Assembly (NCBI GenBank): GCA_951406725.2
Contig: OX597825.1
Coordinates: forward strand, 5,642,001 to 5,706,000
From: Octopus vulgaris
Lineage: Eukaryota
Direction of reading: 5' to 3'
DNA length: 64,000 nucleotides
Shown: piece after piece, positions 40,835 to 55,415 of the stretch
How the letters are laid out: every line of letters begins with the position of its first letter
How positions within the stretch are numbered: position 1 is the stretch's first letter
The notes under the pieces: generated by a model
What the model was told of the DNA's origin: nothing
The model's database searches: none
Seen by the model: the letters and a program-made list of their open reading frames with translations, nothing else
Translations under genes and position numbers: made by a program

Positions 40835-41149
40835 ATGTATATATGAATGTATAGTTACATTGTTCGTTCATGGTGGAACACATAACCTTGGTGGGTAAAT
40901 TGATGTGGGCGTCGCACAAAACAAATCAAGAAACTTTACAATAAATTAACGTATATTCCATGCTTTATGATACATAAAAAGATGTATGTGGAACAATCAA
41001 ATAGAAATATATTTTTAATTGGCTTGTGCAACAACACGACTGTGACATAAGTATTTTGAATTAAAACATTAATCATGCTCAGTTTAATAAGAACCATGTA
41101 AATATGATTTTAATTGGATTAGACTTTGAATTGCCGTTTTGTATAAGCA

Positions 41150-41760
41150 TCGCTGTGTGGTAAGAGGTTTGCTTCTAAACCACAAGGTTCCGAGTTCATC
41201 CCTACTGATTGGCACCTTGAGTAGGTGTTTTTGACTGTCGCCTTGGGTTGACCCAAAGCCTTGTGAGTGGACTTGGCACACTGAAATTGAAAGAAGTTCG
41301 TTGTATATATGTGTATATATCAATGTTTGTTTGTCTTTGTTTTGGGGTTTGTTCCCACCACCCCTTGACGATCGGTGTTGTTGTTGTTAAGCAACAAAGA
41401 CGGTGGGTAAGGGTGATTAGGTGATGGTCTAGGGCTTAGGGGCGGGAGACCCCAGACTTTGGAAAAAAAAACTTTAGTCGTCTTGTTGTAGTCGAGGGCT
41501 CTTCGTTGACGCCCGACACCACTGGGGGTGGGGTGGCCCTCGAAGTCGCTGGAAATGGAAATTTCCAGGTCCAAATTCTCAAACGGCACAATCGATGTTG
41601 GGTCGTTTACGTTCCCGTAACTTAGCAGCCCACCTACAGACTCTGATAGAATAATTACAAAACTTAAAAAAGCATAATTACAAGGGGTCGGTTTCTTTGA
41701 TTAAACCCTTTAAGTTGATGCCCCTGTGTGGCCGCAATCCAATGACTGAAAGAAGTAGAT
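41150..41760 (+). mobile_element. Old SINE family A interrupted by a ~205-bp retroposed insert
   Basis: Insert 41381-41587 (minus strand, (AAC)n tail) is flanked by atcggtgttg (41371-41380) and atcgatgttg (41591-41600). Confidence 0.7.
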
Positions 41761-42133
41761 GATAAAAAGTAACAGATAAAGATTGGTCAAATAAAACTTG
41801 AAGTGGATTACCAAAACTTTGTTACGGGTCACGTGGTGCGTCACTGCCATATGCAGATGCACATATCGTCAGCCACTAAGAGACATGCGCAACGGGTTAA
41901 GGTCAAACAACTGACAAGCAAACCTGTGGTATGGAGCAGAATATTTGCTGTAGCCCAACTTATACAAAACATGTACATGATAACACTTCCAATCAGAAGC
42001 CATGAGGCCCAGTACCTGGAATTACCTCAGGGCAATTATTATCATTATTAAGTACCAGTTGTGTACTGGGGTCGATGTAATCGACTCATCCCCTCCTCCA
42101 AAATGGCCGCCCTTGTGGCAAAATTTGAAACTG

Positions 42134-42373
42134 TTATTATTCTTTCGTAACACAGTGTAGGTAAAAATGCACCGGAGTCTTTAGTCATCTGTTAAGTCAC
42201 AACAAGGACCTCAGACAGATAGTACTTTCCTTAAGATGTGCGCTGTACCCAATAAGGCAGATTTTTGCAAGACATCAATCTTGCATGGGATTTCCAGTGG
42301 TCTTTAGAAGTCTTGAAGTTTCAATGGGATTGAACCCGGCGCTCCGGTCACCACTGGTATCACTTTTACATTA
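42134..42373 (-). mobile_element. 3' end of an R4/Dong-type (restriction-like endonuclease) LINE
   Basis: Manual translation NVKVIPVVTGAPGSIPLKLQDF*RPLEIPCKIDVLQKSALLGTAHILRKVLSV* matches VxPVVIGALG...LQKxALLGTAxILRxVL; short (TAA)n tail. Confidence 0.78.
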
Positions 42374-42610
42374 CCCTTTCACATTCACGTATTTATGCCT
42401 GCGTGCTTTGCTACGTATGTATGCACGCACGCGCGCGCGTGGTGGTGGTGGTGGCGGTGGTGGTGGTGGTGGTGGTGGTGGTGGTGGTGGTGGTGGTGGT
42501 GGTGGTGGAAGGGAGCGGGGACACGCAAGCATTAAACTTTTACAATCTACAGTTACAATACAAGAAAATGTAAACAAACAGTTATAAGAAACATCCACAC
42601 CTTGCGTATA

Positions 42611-42724
<114 letters not shown>

Positions 42725-43166
42725 GGGAGGATGTGAAGATTAGGTTCGGCGGAGTGGGGAGCGGAGAGAGTCTGGCAACGTCTTACGTCAGTCTGCTTCC
42801 AGTTCAACTTGAACTCAGGAAATCTCGACCAGACTCATTACACACGTCGTATATACACTCACCAAATACATACAAACACGCACAGAAACAGAGAAAAATC
42901 AAGCAAATTTCTCTCTCTCACTCTCTCTCTCTCTCTCTCTCTCTTCCTCACTCTCTCCCACTCGTTCTTTTCTTGTTTCTTTTCTTCCTACTATATGCGT
43001 GTGTGTGTTCGCGTATGGGTGCGTTTGTATATGTACAATATTCGAATTCACATCAATCCAGATTTACACTGCATCGTGTTGTGCATAAAACAGTTAAAGT
43101 AAGTCTGTATGGATTGATGCAGGCATGCATCTGCGCGTATGCATATTTCTATGCATGCATTTATAA

Positions 43167-43206
<40 letters not shown>

Positions 43207-43251
43207 TCATACATACATGCATTTCTGTATCTTATGCATGCATATATATAC

Positions 43252-43327
<76 letters not shown>

Positions 43328-43496
43328 TTATATGTATGTATATGCACATATATACATATATACATATACATGTATGTGTATATATATACATATATACATA
43401 TATATGTATATACATATATATACATATATATATATATGTATATACATTTATATATACATACATTTATATATATATATTTATATATATATATATATG

Positions 43497-43555
<59 letters not shown>

Positions 43556-43656
43556 GTATGTATGTATATAAAAATATATAAGGATATTACAGATAATAAT
43601 TTACAATAATATCAGTGGTTAGCCTGCGTAAAAGAACCAAAAAGGCAAAATTATCA

Positions 43657-43789
43657 ATTAATAGTGAAGTGTATTACAAGTAGCATTAGCAAGCTAAACA
43701 TGGCAGCCAAAACAACTCAAAACCAGTTTTCACTTTTGACTGCTATCTTTAGCATCCTAGTGCTACAAGTTGTACCCTTCACTATTAAT
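43657..43789. repeat. Diverged inverted repeat, 56-bp arms, in (TA)n context
   Basis: 43657-43712 versus 43734-43789. Confidence 0.75.
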
Positions 43790-43934
43790 ATATATATGTG
43801 TGTGTATGTGTATACGTACATATGTATGTATCTGTATGCATGTATGTGTGCATGCATGAATGTGTTTGTATGTGTATGTGTATGTATGAATGTATGTTTG
43901 CGCGTATGTATGTTTGTATGTATATATGTATATT

Positions 43935-44340
43935 TATTTCTTTATTGCCCATAGGGGGCTAAACAAAGAGGGAACAAAAAAAGGACAGTCAGAAGGATTA
44001 AGTCGATAAGATCGACTCCAGTGCGTAACAGGTACCAATTTAATCGACCTCGAAAGAATGAAAGGCAAAGTCGACCTCGGCGGAATTTGAACTCAGAACG
44101 TAACGGCAGACGAAATACCTATTTCTTTACTACCCACAATGGTCTAAATACAGAGAGGACAAACAAGGACAGACAAAGGGATTAAGTCGATTACATCGAC
44201 CCCAGTGCGTAACTGGTACTTAATTTATCGACCCCGAAAGGATGAAAGGCACAGTCGACCACGGCGGAATTTGAACTCAGAATGTAGCGGCAGACGAAAT
44301 ACCGCTTAGCATTTCGCCCGGCGTGCTAACGACTCTGCCA
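43935..44340 (-). mobile_element. SINE family B tandem dimer
   Basis: Junction aaatacc|tatttc at 44119/44120. Confidence 0.88.
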
Positions 44341-45169
44341 TCTATGTATGTATTTGTGTGTGCATCTATGTATGGATGAATGTTTGGATGTTTGTGTATA
44401 TGAATGTATCTTTGTGTGAGAGCATGTATATTCGTGTATGAATGTATATGTGTGTGTGTATGTGTATGGACATATGTTTGTGTATTTACGTATGCATACT
44501 TCAACTCATAAATATACATGTATGCATGTTGTTTGTTGATTTGGCCAAGGCCACTTATGTCATTTGACGGCAAACTAGGTGGGGGTCTGTGTGTGTGTGT
44601 GATAAGAAATTTTGCGTAAGGGACAAGGTAGACTCAAGGTCAGAAGAAAGGATGAGGCAGGCAGAGGAAGCATCTTGATGGCCTACTTTACAGAACGACC
44701 ATACCTTTCTTTATTTTACATAATACGAAACTTTGGCACATGAGTAAGCGCCATTTTATACGATTAACGTGCTGTGTTCCGGAATTTCGGGATTTATAAC
44801 AAGAACTATTTAACGATATTGTAAGGTTTTCTGGTTGATACTAAATCTATCATAATGCTGGAGATCCTTCTGTTTTCAGCTGGTAACTCAGAGTTACAGG
44901 CGTTTCGCCCCTTTGTGTGTGTGTGTGTGTGTGTATGTGTGTTTCCTGAGAACAACGAGAAGTGAATGAGCCTTCGTTTACAGAAGAGTTTCATTTGAAG
45001 GTCCCTTGTTAACCACAATCGCCTTCAACTAGTTTTCCCGCTACTTTTAGCTGAAATCAACTAGTTTTAGCTGGTTTTAGCTGCCACGCCTATCTCATTG
45101 ATGGGTTTAAAATTTTTTTTTAATTGCTACGGTTCCAAACCAATCTTCTGCAGAAAATTACACACCGAT

Positions 45170-45550
45170 CAAGAAGAAGAAGAAGAAGAAGAAGAAGAAG
45201 AAGAAGAAGAAGAAGAAGAAGAAGAAGAAGAAGAAGAAGAAGAAGAAGAAGAAGAAGAAGAAGAAGAAGAAGAAGAAGAAGAAGAAGAAGAAGAAGGAGA
45301 AGAAGAAGAAGAAGAAGAAGAAGAAGAAGAAGAAGAAGAAGAAAGAGAAGAAGAAGAAGAAGAAGAAGAAGAAGGAGAAGAAGAAGAAGAAAGAAGAAGA
45401 AAGAAAGAAGAAGAAAAAGAAGAAGAAGAAGAAGAAGAAGGAGAAGAAGAAGAGGAGAAGAAGAAGAAGAAGAAGAAGAAGAAGAAGAAGAAGAAGAAGA
45501 AGAAGAAGAAGAAGAAGAAGAAGAAGAAGAAAGAAGAAGAAGAAGAAGAT
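45170..45550. repeat. ~380-bp purine-only (GAA)n tract
   Basis: Directly visible; a shorter pure (GAA)n lies at ~42618-42723. Confidence 0.97.
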
Positions 45551-47046
45551 GATGATGATGATGAACAAGATGACGACGAAGAGGATGATGATGGTGATGA
45601 TGAAGATGACGACGATGATGATGATGATTATTATATCAACAGCAACACCAACAACACTAACAACAACAACAACAACAACAGCAGCAACACCAGTAAAGAG
45701 CCTCTATACCAAACTTCCATTAACAATGAAATGTTCGGATAAATTAACGTCGTCGCAGCTCAATGTGAAATCATAATTCCCTTCAAGACATTTTACAACA
45801 ACGGTCCTAACAACAACAACAACAACAACAACAGCAACAATAATAATATAAACGTTAATAACAGATATTTAATCAGTGGTAATGCTGGGATGGTTCAAAC
45901 TCCGGAAACAAAATCACAAGACCCAGAAGATATAATTCTCTCGTATCAGCTGGCTGTGAGACATCATCAAACGCTTAACTCGTCATGTTCGCCGTCCACC
46001 ATCTTCGCTTAAAATCATTAAGTTTCATCAGAGCCGAAGGTGCAGTCATCTCGGAATCAGAATTGGTTGCTTCACATTATTTCTGGCGAAACCTCTTCGC
46101 ATAATTTCTTGGATAAATCTCTTCTGCATAAGAGTACTTTCGAACTTCTCTGTAAAACGCTAAAAGAATGTTAAAATAAAGAATATACTTTATTTCATAA
46201 AATTTGTCATAGAGACAGTACAAAGATTGGGTAGCTTTGCGGGCTGGACAAACTCATTAAGGAATGAAAATGAAAAAGAAAATGAATAAATGAGAGACGA
46301 AACCCAACACCCACCGATTGGATTTTTCTCGAAAACATATTTTCTTTTTCTTAAAAAATCAATATGAGGTTTCGAACCTCTTACAAGAAGGAGGCACTAA
46401 AACACTTTTTTTAACACAAAATTGAGGTTATAAACCACTACAAATAATACAATAAGATGAGGTTTCAAACCCTCTAACGAGGCTTTTTCACCTCCTACTC
46501 ATCTTTATATCCATCGATATATTCATCATTAATAAAGAATATACTTAGACACATATACCACACGTGTGTGTTCGTGCGAGCATTCACGCACAGACACTCG
46601 CACACGCACACACACATACATACACACTCATTCATCTTATATTGTTTACTTACTTCAGTCGTTGGACTGCGGCCATGCCGGGGCAACGCCTTGAACGGTT
46701 GAGTCGAACAAATCAACCGTGGTATTTTTTCAAGTCTTGTACTTATTCTATCGGTCTTTTTTACTGAACCACTAAGTTATGTGGTCATTAATAAACCAAC
46801 ACCAATAGGCAGGCGATGGTGTAATGAGTAGAAATATTCACATATGTGTGTGTGTGTGTGTGCGCGCGCACGTGTGTGTGTGTGCGCACGCGCGTGCGTG
46901 TGTGTGTGGGTGTGTGTGTGCCGAAATTGCGAGGATGATCCGGTTCTTGACTGAAGGTTAAAGGCATCGAATGACCCATCCGTGTTTTTTGTATCGTCTA
47001 TCTGGATGTTTTGCGTTCTTGTCCCATTTTGTATTTTATATATATG

Positions 47047-47120
<74 letters not shown>

Positions 47121-47789
47121 CAAATATCGAGCAGTGACAATAAGTGCTAAATACCGCATTGGTGGATAAATATGCTTCAAGGTAACCAATGTTTTCGTGT
47201 AGTACACATCTCTACAATTATTCAAGCAATGTGCATGTGTGTGTGTGTGTGTGTGTGTATTTATATGTAAATTAAAGATTATTAATCGTTCTCAAAAAGA
47301 TATCTTTAAGGAATGTAAATTCACATTGTGGTATGTTAATCTGTTTACTTTAAAGATTTTTAATATAATTGTCTAATTAAAGAAAATATTCGTTCAAATA
47401 TAGTGATTCTATCCAGAAATTTTTCAAAAATGTATAAATGTATGTATGCATGCATGTATGCATATATGTATGTATGTATGTATGTTTGTATGTATGTATG
47501 TATGTATGTATGTATGTATGTATGTATGTATGTATGTATGTATGTACGCATGTTTTCTTTCTCTTTTTAATTTAGGATAGATTCTGACCGTCCACCTGCT
47601 TTGTAACAAAGTTATGAAGAAAAGCAGCTTTGTTTTGTTCATCATTCGTTAAATCTTAAGAAAAGTGTTGCAGATTTTTATAGTCCCAGATATCAGGACC
47701 ATTTGTAGTGTAAGAATTAAGGAGCTGTGTACTCTCTCCAAGAACCCAATGAGAACAACTCGATTAATCGCAATGTCGTTGGGTGATTG

Positions 47790-47980
47790 TTCTCTTAAAA
47801 ACGTGCTGTACGGATGTGACTTTTCAGTCCTGCTACGGACCGACATTCTTTCTCACAGATGTGGCACTGACATCTGAGAGTTAGCTGAGGGTCTTTACTC
47901 ATACTGACAGATGCCTCCACTCCTTCAAGTAATTGTCCACTGAGTGTTTTCTTATTTTCTTTTTCCTGTTACGGTCAGCC
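47790..47980 (-). pseudogene. RTE-like LINE C-terminal zinc-finger remnant
   Basis: Minus strand LRCQCHICEKECRSVAGLKSHIRT resembles the finger at ~18155-18225. Confidence 0.5.
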
Positions 47981-48038
47981 AATAACATGCAACACAATTG
48001 AAATGTTTTAAGCGATATTAAATATGCGGTATTAAATA

Positions 48039-48209
48039 AGGTGGCGAGCTGGCAGAATCGTTAGCACGCCGGGCGAAATACGTAGCCGTATTTGGGGTCG
48101 ATAAATTAAGTACGAGTTACGCACTGGGGTCGATGTAATCGACTTAATCCGTTTGTCTGTCCTTGTTTGTCCCCCCTGTGTTTAGCCCCTTGTGGGTAGT
48201 AAAGAAATA
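48039..48209 (+). mobile_element. SINE family B (internally deleted) with 11-bp TSD
   Basis: TSD ggtattaaata at 48028-48038 and 48210-48220. Confidence 0.85.
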
Positions 48210-48224
48210 GGTATTAAATATGCG

Positions 48225-48460
48225 AAGCGATGGAATCGCAAGCATCAAGAAACATTTCGTTCGTTATTTCTGCGCATTATCTTTCGAAAGCAGCCTTCAA
48301 TTCATTGTCTGTTGCTGGTTTTGTGTCGTGAGCTTTCTTTTTTAAGTATTCCCATAAGAAAATGCCAAGTGCTGCTAGGTCTTGAGGGTATTTATTCTAC
48401 TGAATTTCTTCATCCTATTTTCCTCATCAATGTAGGCACTTACGGTACTCGACACATTTT
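48225..48460 (-). pseudogene. Tc1/mariner-superfamily transposase C-terminal remnant
   Basis: DLAALGIFLWEYLK..AHDTKPATDNELKAAFER*CAEITNEMF resembles SPDLxPxDFFLWGYLKxxVYxxKPxTxxELK. Confidence 0.55.
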
Positions 48461-48683
48461 GTCGAGTACCACTCGCAAATTTCGAGTCTTCGGGCCAGAT
48501 TTTATGAAGTGGGAGGATTAACCATTCTTTGAATGTGATGGGCGTTTGATTTTGGTATTCCTCTCTCACGACTCGCTTGCCACATAGGCCTTATTGGACT
48601 CCACCAACACGTTTCTCTGGCAATACGCTTTCAAATATATAGTTGTAATTTAATATAAATTTCCTTTGACCAAAATTTAGTCA

Positions 48684-49005
48684 GGCGCGTGGCTTAGTGG
48701 TTAGGGCAATCGGCTTACAATCATAAGGTCATGAGTTCAATTCCCGGTGGTGCGTTGTGTCCTTGAGCAAGACACTTTATTTCATATTGCTCCAGTCCAA
48801 TCAGCTGGCAAAAATGAGTAGCACCTGTATTTCAAAGGACCCGGCCTTGTCACACTCTGAGTCACGCTGAATCTCCTCGAGAACTACATTAAGGTTACAG
48901 GTGTCTGTGGAGTGCTCAGCCACTTGCATGTTAATCTCATGAGCAGGCTGTTCCGTTGATCGTATCAGCTGGAACACTCGTGGTCGTAACCGACGGAATG
49001 CTCCT
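48684..49005 (+). mobile_element. SINE family C, full length; tail shared with family D
   Basis: GGCGCGTGGCTTAGTGGTTAG...GAGTTCAATTCCC, GTGTCCTTGAGCAAGACACTT, then ACCTGTATTTCAAAGG...GTAACCGACGGA as in family D; another tail copy at ~40602-40772. Confidence 0.85.
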
Positions 49006-49251
49006 TAAAAAAAACTGTTTCTAACGAGTTAAATCTAAAAAGAAATTAATATTGAGTTACCAGTTGTTAAATTGTAAATACATTTTCTGGGATCGCCTTT
49101 ATAAATTAAACAACTCAATCTAGAAAACAGAAACTTCAGTCCTGTTCGAATTACTGCATTCAGACATAGTATCAATGATTGCGTATCATATATCATATGA
49201 TATAATACAATATATACACATACGTTTATATATTTATACTTATTTATAAAC

Positions 49252-49324
<73 letters not shown>

Positions 49325-49630
49325 CTTACTTATAAACATATAAATATATATACAAACATGTGTATATAAATACATATATATATACACACGTGCATCTATG
49401 CATATACATTTATGTGTGTGTGTGTGAGCGTATTTGTGTATAACACATAGATACATGCATACATATAGATAATATATGTGTGTATTTCTCTGTGTGTATA
49501 TATGTGTATATATATATATATATATATACAAATATGTGTATGTACGTACGTATGTGTGCATATATATATACACATACATACATACATACATACATACATA
49601 CATACATACATACATACATACATACATACA

Positions 49631-49998
49631 TGTGTATGCGCGTGCGATTGATAGAATGCGTAACCACAGTTGTGCATTTATATTTGAATTCTTCTGCAAA
49701 AATAATTGGCAGGATTTATCAAAGTGAATGGCATGGACAGTGATAACATCCCGTGTAATTTTGATCATTCTTGTTACACATAAATCATTGCATATATGAA
49801 TCATTGTATATATATATATATAAATCATTCTGTACATAAATCATGTTATGTATAATATTCAATAGATATAACCAGTAACCACAGATATGTCTGCTTCACA
49901 AATTTCAAAAAATAATTCCAGTTGCCAGAAAATCAATTTTATTATATATATATAAAATATATTCCAGTATGCCATATATAATCATATTTTATATATAT

Positions 49999-50038
<40 letters not shown>

Positions 50039-50523
50039 TATATATACATATACATATATATATATACATACATACATACATACATACATACATACATACA
50101 TACATCATCATACATACGTACATACATACATACATACATACATACATACATACATACATACATACATACATACATACATACATACATACATACATACATA
50201 CATACATACATACATGTGTATGCGCGTGCGATTGATAGAATGCGTAACCACAGTTGTGCATTTATATTTGAATTCTTCTGCAAAAATAATTGGCAGGATT
50301 TATCAAAGTGAATGGCATGGACAGTGATAACATCCCGTGTAATTTTGATCATTCTTGTTACACATAAATCATTGCATATATGAATCATTGTATATATATA
50401 TATATAAATCATTCTGTACATAAATCATGCTATGTATAATATTCAATAGATATAACCAGTAACCACAGATATGTCTGCTTCACAAATTTCAAAAAATAAT
50501 TCCAGTTGCCAGAAAATCAATTT

Positions 50524-50530
<7 letters not shown>
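49631..50530 (+). repeat. Near-identical direct duplication of a ~315-bp block at 584-bp offset
   Basis: 49631-49945 equals 50215-50529 with one substitution seen (catgttat/catgctat); both are followed by TA-GATA-CATA arrays of different length. Confidence 0.92.
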
Positions 50531-50597
<67 letters not shown>

Positions 50598-50635
50598 GTA
50601 TATATACATATACATATATATATATATATATATAT

Positions 50636-50709
<74 letters not shown>

Positions 50710-50829
50710 TACACATATACATACATTCATACATACATACATACATACATACATACATACATACATACATACATACATGCATGCATACATACATACATAC
50801 ATACATACATACATACATACATACATACA

Positions 50830-50863
<34 letters not shown>

Positions 50864-51519
50864 GATATAGATTATATATACGAAATGCTGTTAATATTTA
50901 TATTTGGTTTGGCAGACATAATACACGAGCATAGAAATAACTGTTTTGATTTTTTTTTTCCATGTAATAATTCGATTCCCCAAGTTGATTTATTGAAATC
51001 AAATATAATAAATATCGATACCATCCCGGCTTAATTTTGAATGTCTGTGAATGTCCAGAACTTTGAGCATAAATATTCGATAGACACAACGAGTATTCGG
51101 AGCTAAAAAATCTTTTCAATGTATTAGAGTTACCTTCCTTGGTTTATTATGCATGCTTTTTTGTGCGTATTGTGTTTTCTCATACTGTGCTTATGTTTCT
51201 AATTTATCTATTATAGGGAGTTTTGCGAAGGATAACAACGTTAGCAACAGAGCGGCAAACAAGGCAATTATCAGGCTTACTTCAAGAACAATAAAAAATA
51301 CGAATACAAGTAAAGAAATATCGTGTGAAAGTATAGGTACAGTGGGTAGTTACCCGAGGGGTCACACTGGTCTAGGGGCCCAGTTGTGAGCTGTGTATGC
51401 TGTGGCTTGCAGTTAAAAGATAAATACTACTGAACCCCAGAACAATGATTTGCCCCTGGATCAGTAATACTGCTACGACAGCCCTGTAGATTAACTATAT
51501 TGCAGCAGTCTCTCACAAG

Positions 51520-52140
51520 AAAAGGCAGACGAAATAAGAACGCAGTCAGAAACGCCAAAATGAAAACGAAGCTGAAAGAAAAGTAAGAAGGGCAGATTCT
51601 AGTGAACGTGCATCAAAGAGATATCAACACGAAACTGTAGAAGAATGGAATTTAAGAAGAACAGGCATATGAGAAAGAATCTCACGAAGAATTTTTCTCA
51701 AGAAACTGAAGGAGAATGGAATGGAATATCTCTTAATGCACAGGCTTCTTGAGAACCACAAGTAACATGGAAATGTGTAATGTAGGAGCGAGTATTGAAC
51801 GACGTTGGTGTTGAGAAATGAACACGGTGTATTAATTTTACCCGACAAAGGTGGGAAACTTTGCGGAATCGTTAGCACGTTTTTATCTGCGTTTTTTTTT
51901 TTTTTTTTTTTGTTTTTTTTTGTTTTTTTTTGTTTTTTTTACTTGTTTTAGACATTAGACTGCAGCCATGCTGGGGCACCACCATCAAGGCTTTAGTCGA
52001 ACGAATTGACCCTAGAACTTATTTTTTTAAGTCAAGTATTGGTAACTTTTGCCGAACCGCTAAGTTATGGGAACGTAAACACACCAGCACCAGTCGTCAA
52101 GTAGTGGTGGGGGACAAATACAGACACAAAGACACACACA

Positions 52141-52224
<84 letters not shown>

Positions 52225-53565
52225 AATGCATATATATATATACGATGGGTTTCTTTCAGTTTTCGTCTACCAAATCCGTTCACCAGGCTTTGATCTACCC
52301 GAAGCTATAGCTGAAGACACTTGCCCAAGGTGTCATGCAGTGGGACTGAACGCATAACCCCATGGTTGGGAAGAAAACTTCTTATCACACAGCCACGCCC
52401 GAAAACAATACCACCGCCTTAGCTAAGGCGGAGGTAACAAAAGGGACATGCAGATATTCTAATAATACTTCAAGATGCAAGCGATGTCAATGACCCTCAA
52501 CAAATAAATGAAATTATGTGTGCAGAAAGCTGTTTCAAAGAACAAAACTTCCATTGTACGAAACTTGATACCTGAAAATATTTTCAAAATTCTAACGAGA
52601 AGAATTTATAGCTAACGCCAATAGTGACTGTTTGTAGTGTTCGAAACCCGGATATGTCAACTGAGATTTTAAAAAATTAAAAAATTCATTTTAGATAACA
52701 GATTTGCTATTTCATACAATAAGTTTTTATGTTTTAAAAATAACTGCCACGTTAATATAGAAATCTGACTACGAGTCACATCTGTCAAGTATATATTCAA
52801 GTACGTGGATAAAGGATATGATTCAATTCAACTTAATATTGGAGAAATTTAAGCAAATGGCGAACGAGTACAGGATGATATTAACTAATATGTTGATATG
52901 TTCGATATGTAAGGACTGCAGAAGACGTAGAGTGTCGATTCCTTATCAGCACACTTCAATGAACGACAAATGGTGTATTTTCACCAAGTCGGCAAGAGAC
53001 AGGCTTTTGCCCCGGTCCAAAGGAAAATCACACTGTTCGATGTAAGGTTCGATTTCAAATACCTTGAGGGAATCTGACCACAAGTCACAGGATATGATTT
53101 GATTCCACTCAGAATTGGAGAAACTCGAGCAGATGGTGAACGAATACCAGGTGATAATAACGAACATAATGATGCGTTCGGTATGTGAGGATTTCAGAAG
53201 CCACGGTGTCTTTTGGATAGCAAAATACATGCTTAATCTCACGCTGGCATTGAATTAACAGTTATGGTTCTCTCTACAGATTCTCAATAGAAATTCTAGT
53301 CAGCATTAGTTAGCTACAGTTTTTCGTATCTGAAGACGTCTAATGTAAGATTTCTAACTTTTCTCGCACGAATTATTATAGGTACCTGAAGATATTCTCA
53401 AATAGCTAATTTTAAAGGGGACTGTTTGTAGTGTTCGAAACCCAGAAATGTCAACTGAAATAATAAAAAAAATTAAATTAACTTTAGAAAACAGATTTGC
53501 TATTTCATGCAATAAATTTTTTATGTTTTAAAAATAACTGCCACGTTAATATCAAAATCTGATGC
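51520..53565 (+). mobile_element. Decayed Helitron with internal duplications, interrupted by SINE A
   Basis: N-terminal ET/ENxxERxxRR-type repeats (~51545-51710); HADILIILQD...PQQINEIMCAE (degenerate HUH region, ~52445-52530); NCHVNIEI...SVKYIFKYVDKGYD (~52740-52820); ~52625-52770 repeated at ~53420-53562. Confidence 0.65.
51935..52399 (-). mobile_element. SINE family A, full length
   Basis: Complete head, central microsatellite and tail. Confidence 0.85.
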
Positions 53566-54091
53566 AATTACATTAGACGTCTTGGGATACGAAACGTTGT
53601 AATAAATCAGTGCTGGTTATAAAATCTATAGAAAATCTGTAAAAATAACTTTAACATGCGATTTAATAGCACTGCTAACAGTAGAACACAGTAGAACACA
53701 GCACTGCTAGCACAGTGGGACAGAGAATAATGAGTTTGAAATCAATTTTATTATCGTTCCAAAGTCTACGGAAAACATGCCTATAAGTGAAAATTATGTG
53801 GTATGTAGAATGTTTCTCTCTTGCTGGTCTTTGCTGAGTTATGCTAATCCCGCACTTCTGGCTTCGCATAAAAAGTCATAAAGAAATGAACGCTTCTTCA
53901 GAAGTTCTTAACCGACTTGTAAGATGCTGATCGCCTTAATTTTAAGCATTTGTATTACGTATGTGTGTGTGTACATATATATATTTAAAATGAGGGTGAG
54001 AAATTGGATATTAATTTAATTAACATCAATTTAACACCAGTAGTCTAGCATATAAAAATCTGAAGGTTCAGTAAATTGTATTATATGCATC

Positions 54092-54201
54092 TGAGAGGGA
54101 TGACCACTATGTAGATAACCCTTATGCTAGAAGTAGATCCGCGGACCATAGCGGATCTACTTCTAGTATAAGGGTTGTCCACATAGTGGTCATCCCTCTC
54201 A
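54092..54201. repeat. Near-perfect hairpin, 51-bp arms, 8-nt loop
   Basis: 54092-54142 versus 54151-54201 with three transition differences; part of element ~53985-54201 in a TA context. Confidence 0.92.
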
Positions 54202-54563
54202 TATATATATATATGTATGTATGTATGTATATGAGAGAGAGTGATATGTATATATACATTCATATATATGTATGTATATATATATATATACACATATATA
54301 TATATATATATATACATTCATGTATAGACACATGTATACATATCATCTTTAGATAGAGAGTGGGTAAGATATATAGATATATTTTGATTTTGATTTTGAT
54401 TTTTCCAGTTTCAGCTAATGAGCTGTGGCCATGCTGGGGCACCGCCATATATTATATATTATTATTATTTATGTGTGTGTTTATGTATACATCATACGAC
54501 GAGTGAAAAAGAGAGTGAGAAAAAAGAAAGACAAAGATAACAGAGAGAGAAAGAAAGAGAAGT

Positions 54564-54606
<43 letters not shown>

Positions 54607-55097
54607 AGAGTGAGAACGAACAACATATGTAAGTATCCGTTTTATCAAGAACATGAATAAAGCGGAAGTGTTTAAAACCGGAGAAGGAAACCACAATGTG
54701 TGGTCAGAGCGAAGACTGTTGTTTTTTTATATTCATTTCGAATTTCAATCCTCGTACAATGGGCCCAGCTGGGGCACTTGCCTTTATTTGTAAACACTAA
54801 CAATAAATAATAATATTATTGTTTTGAATTCTCAAGGAGGGAGAGGCAAAAATGACGATCCAATGAAACGTGTGAGGAATGTAGTTTGGTGTGCGGGACA
54901 TCCTGTTACGTGGTGGAAATGTTTATAGTCTGAATCCACAATTATGAATAGCTTTCTCTTTCTACAACATCGTGTATATACACTCACTAAACACACACAC
55001 ACTGGAGGCGTTTGTTTCGAGCTCCTGCTCTATTTTATGATCATTGTTTTGATTCGTTGTGTTCATTTTTTGTTTTTGGTTTTTATTAAAGTTATAT

Positions 55098-55415
<318 letters not shown>

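Noticed and set aside
46000-46040. Minus-strand CTGATGA with a possible stem II
   Set aside because: Followed by GAAG rather than GAAA, and no stem I or UH site.
45900-46170. Acidic minus-strand stretch reminiscent of a piggyBac transposase N-terminus
   Set aside because: Too many frameshifts and no TTAA/TIR; not supportable.
51340-51490. hAT-MITE-like ends (..CAGCCCTG; similar at ~27675-27800)
   Set aside because: Only one putative terminus per site and no TSD.
53850-53910. Minus-strand CTGAAGA-A-gcgt...atgc-GAAG
   Set aside because: Core incomplete and no UH triplet.
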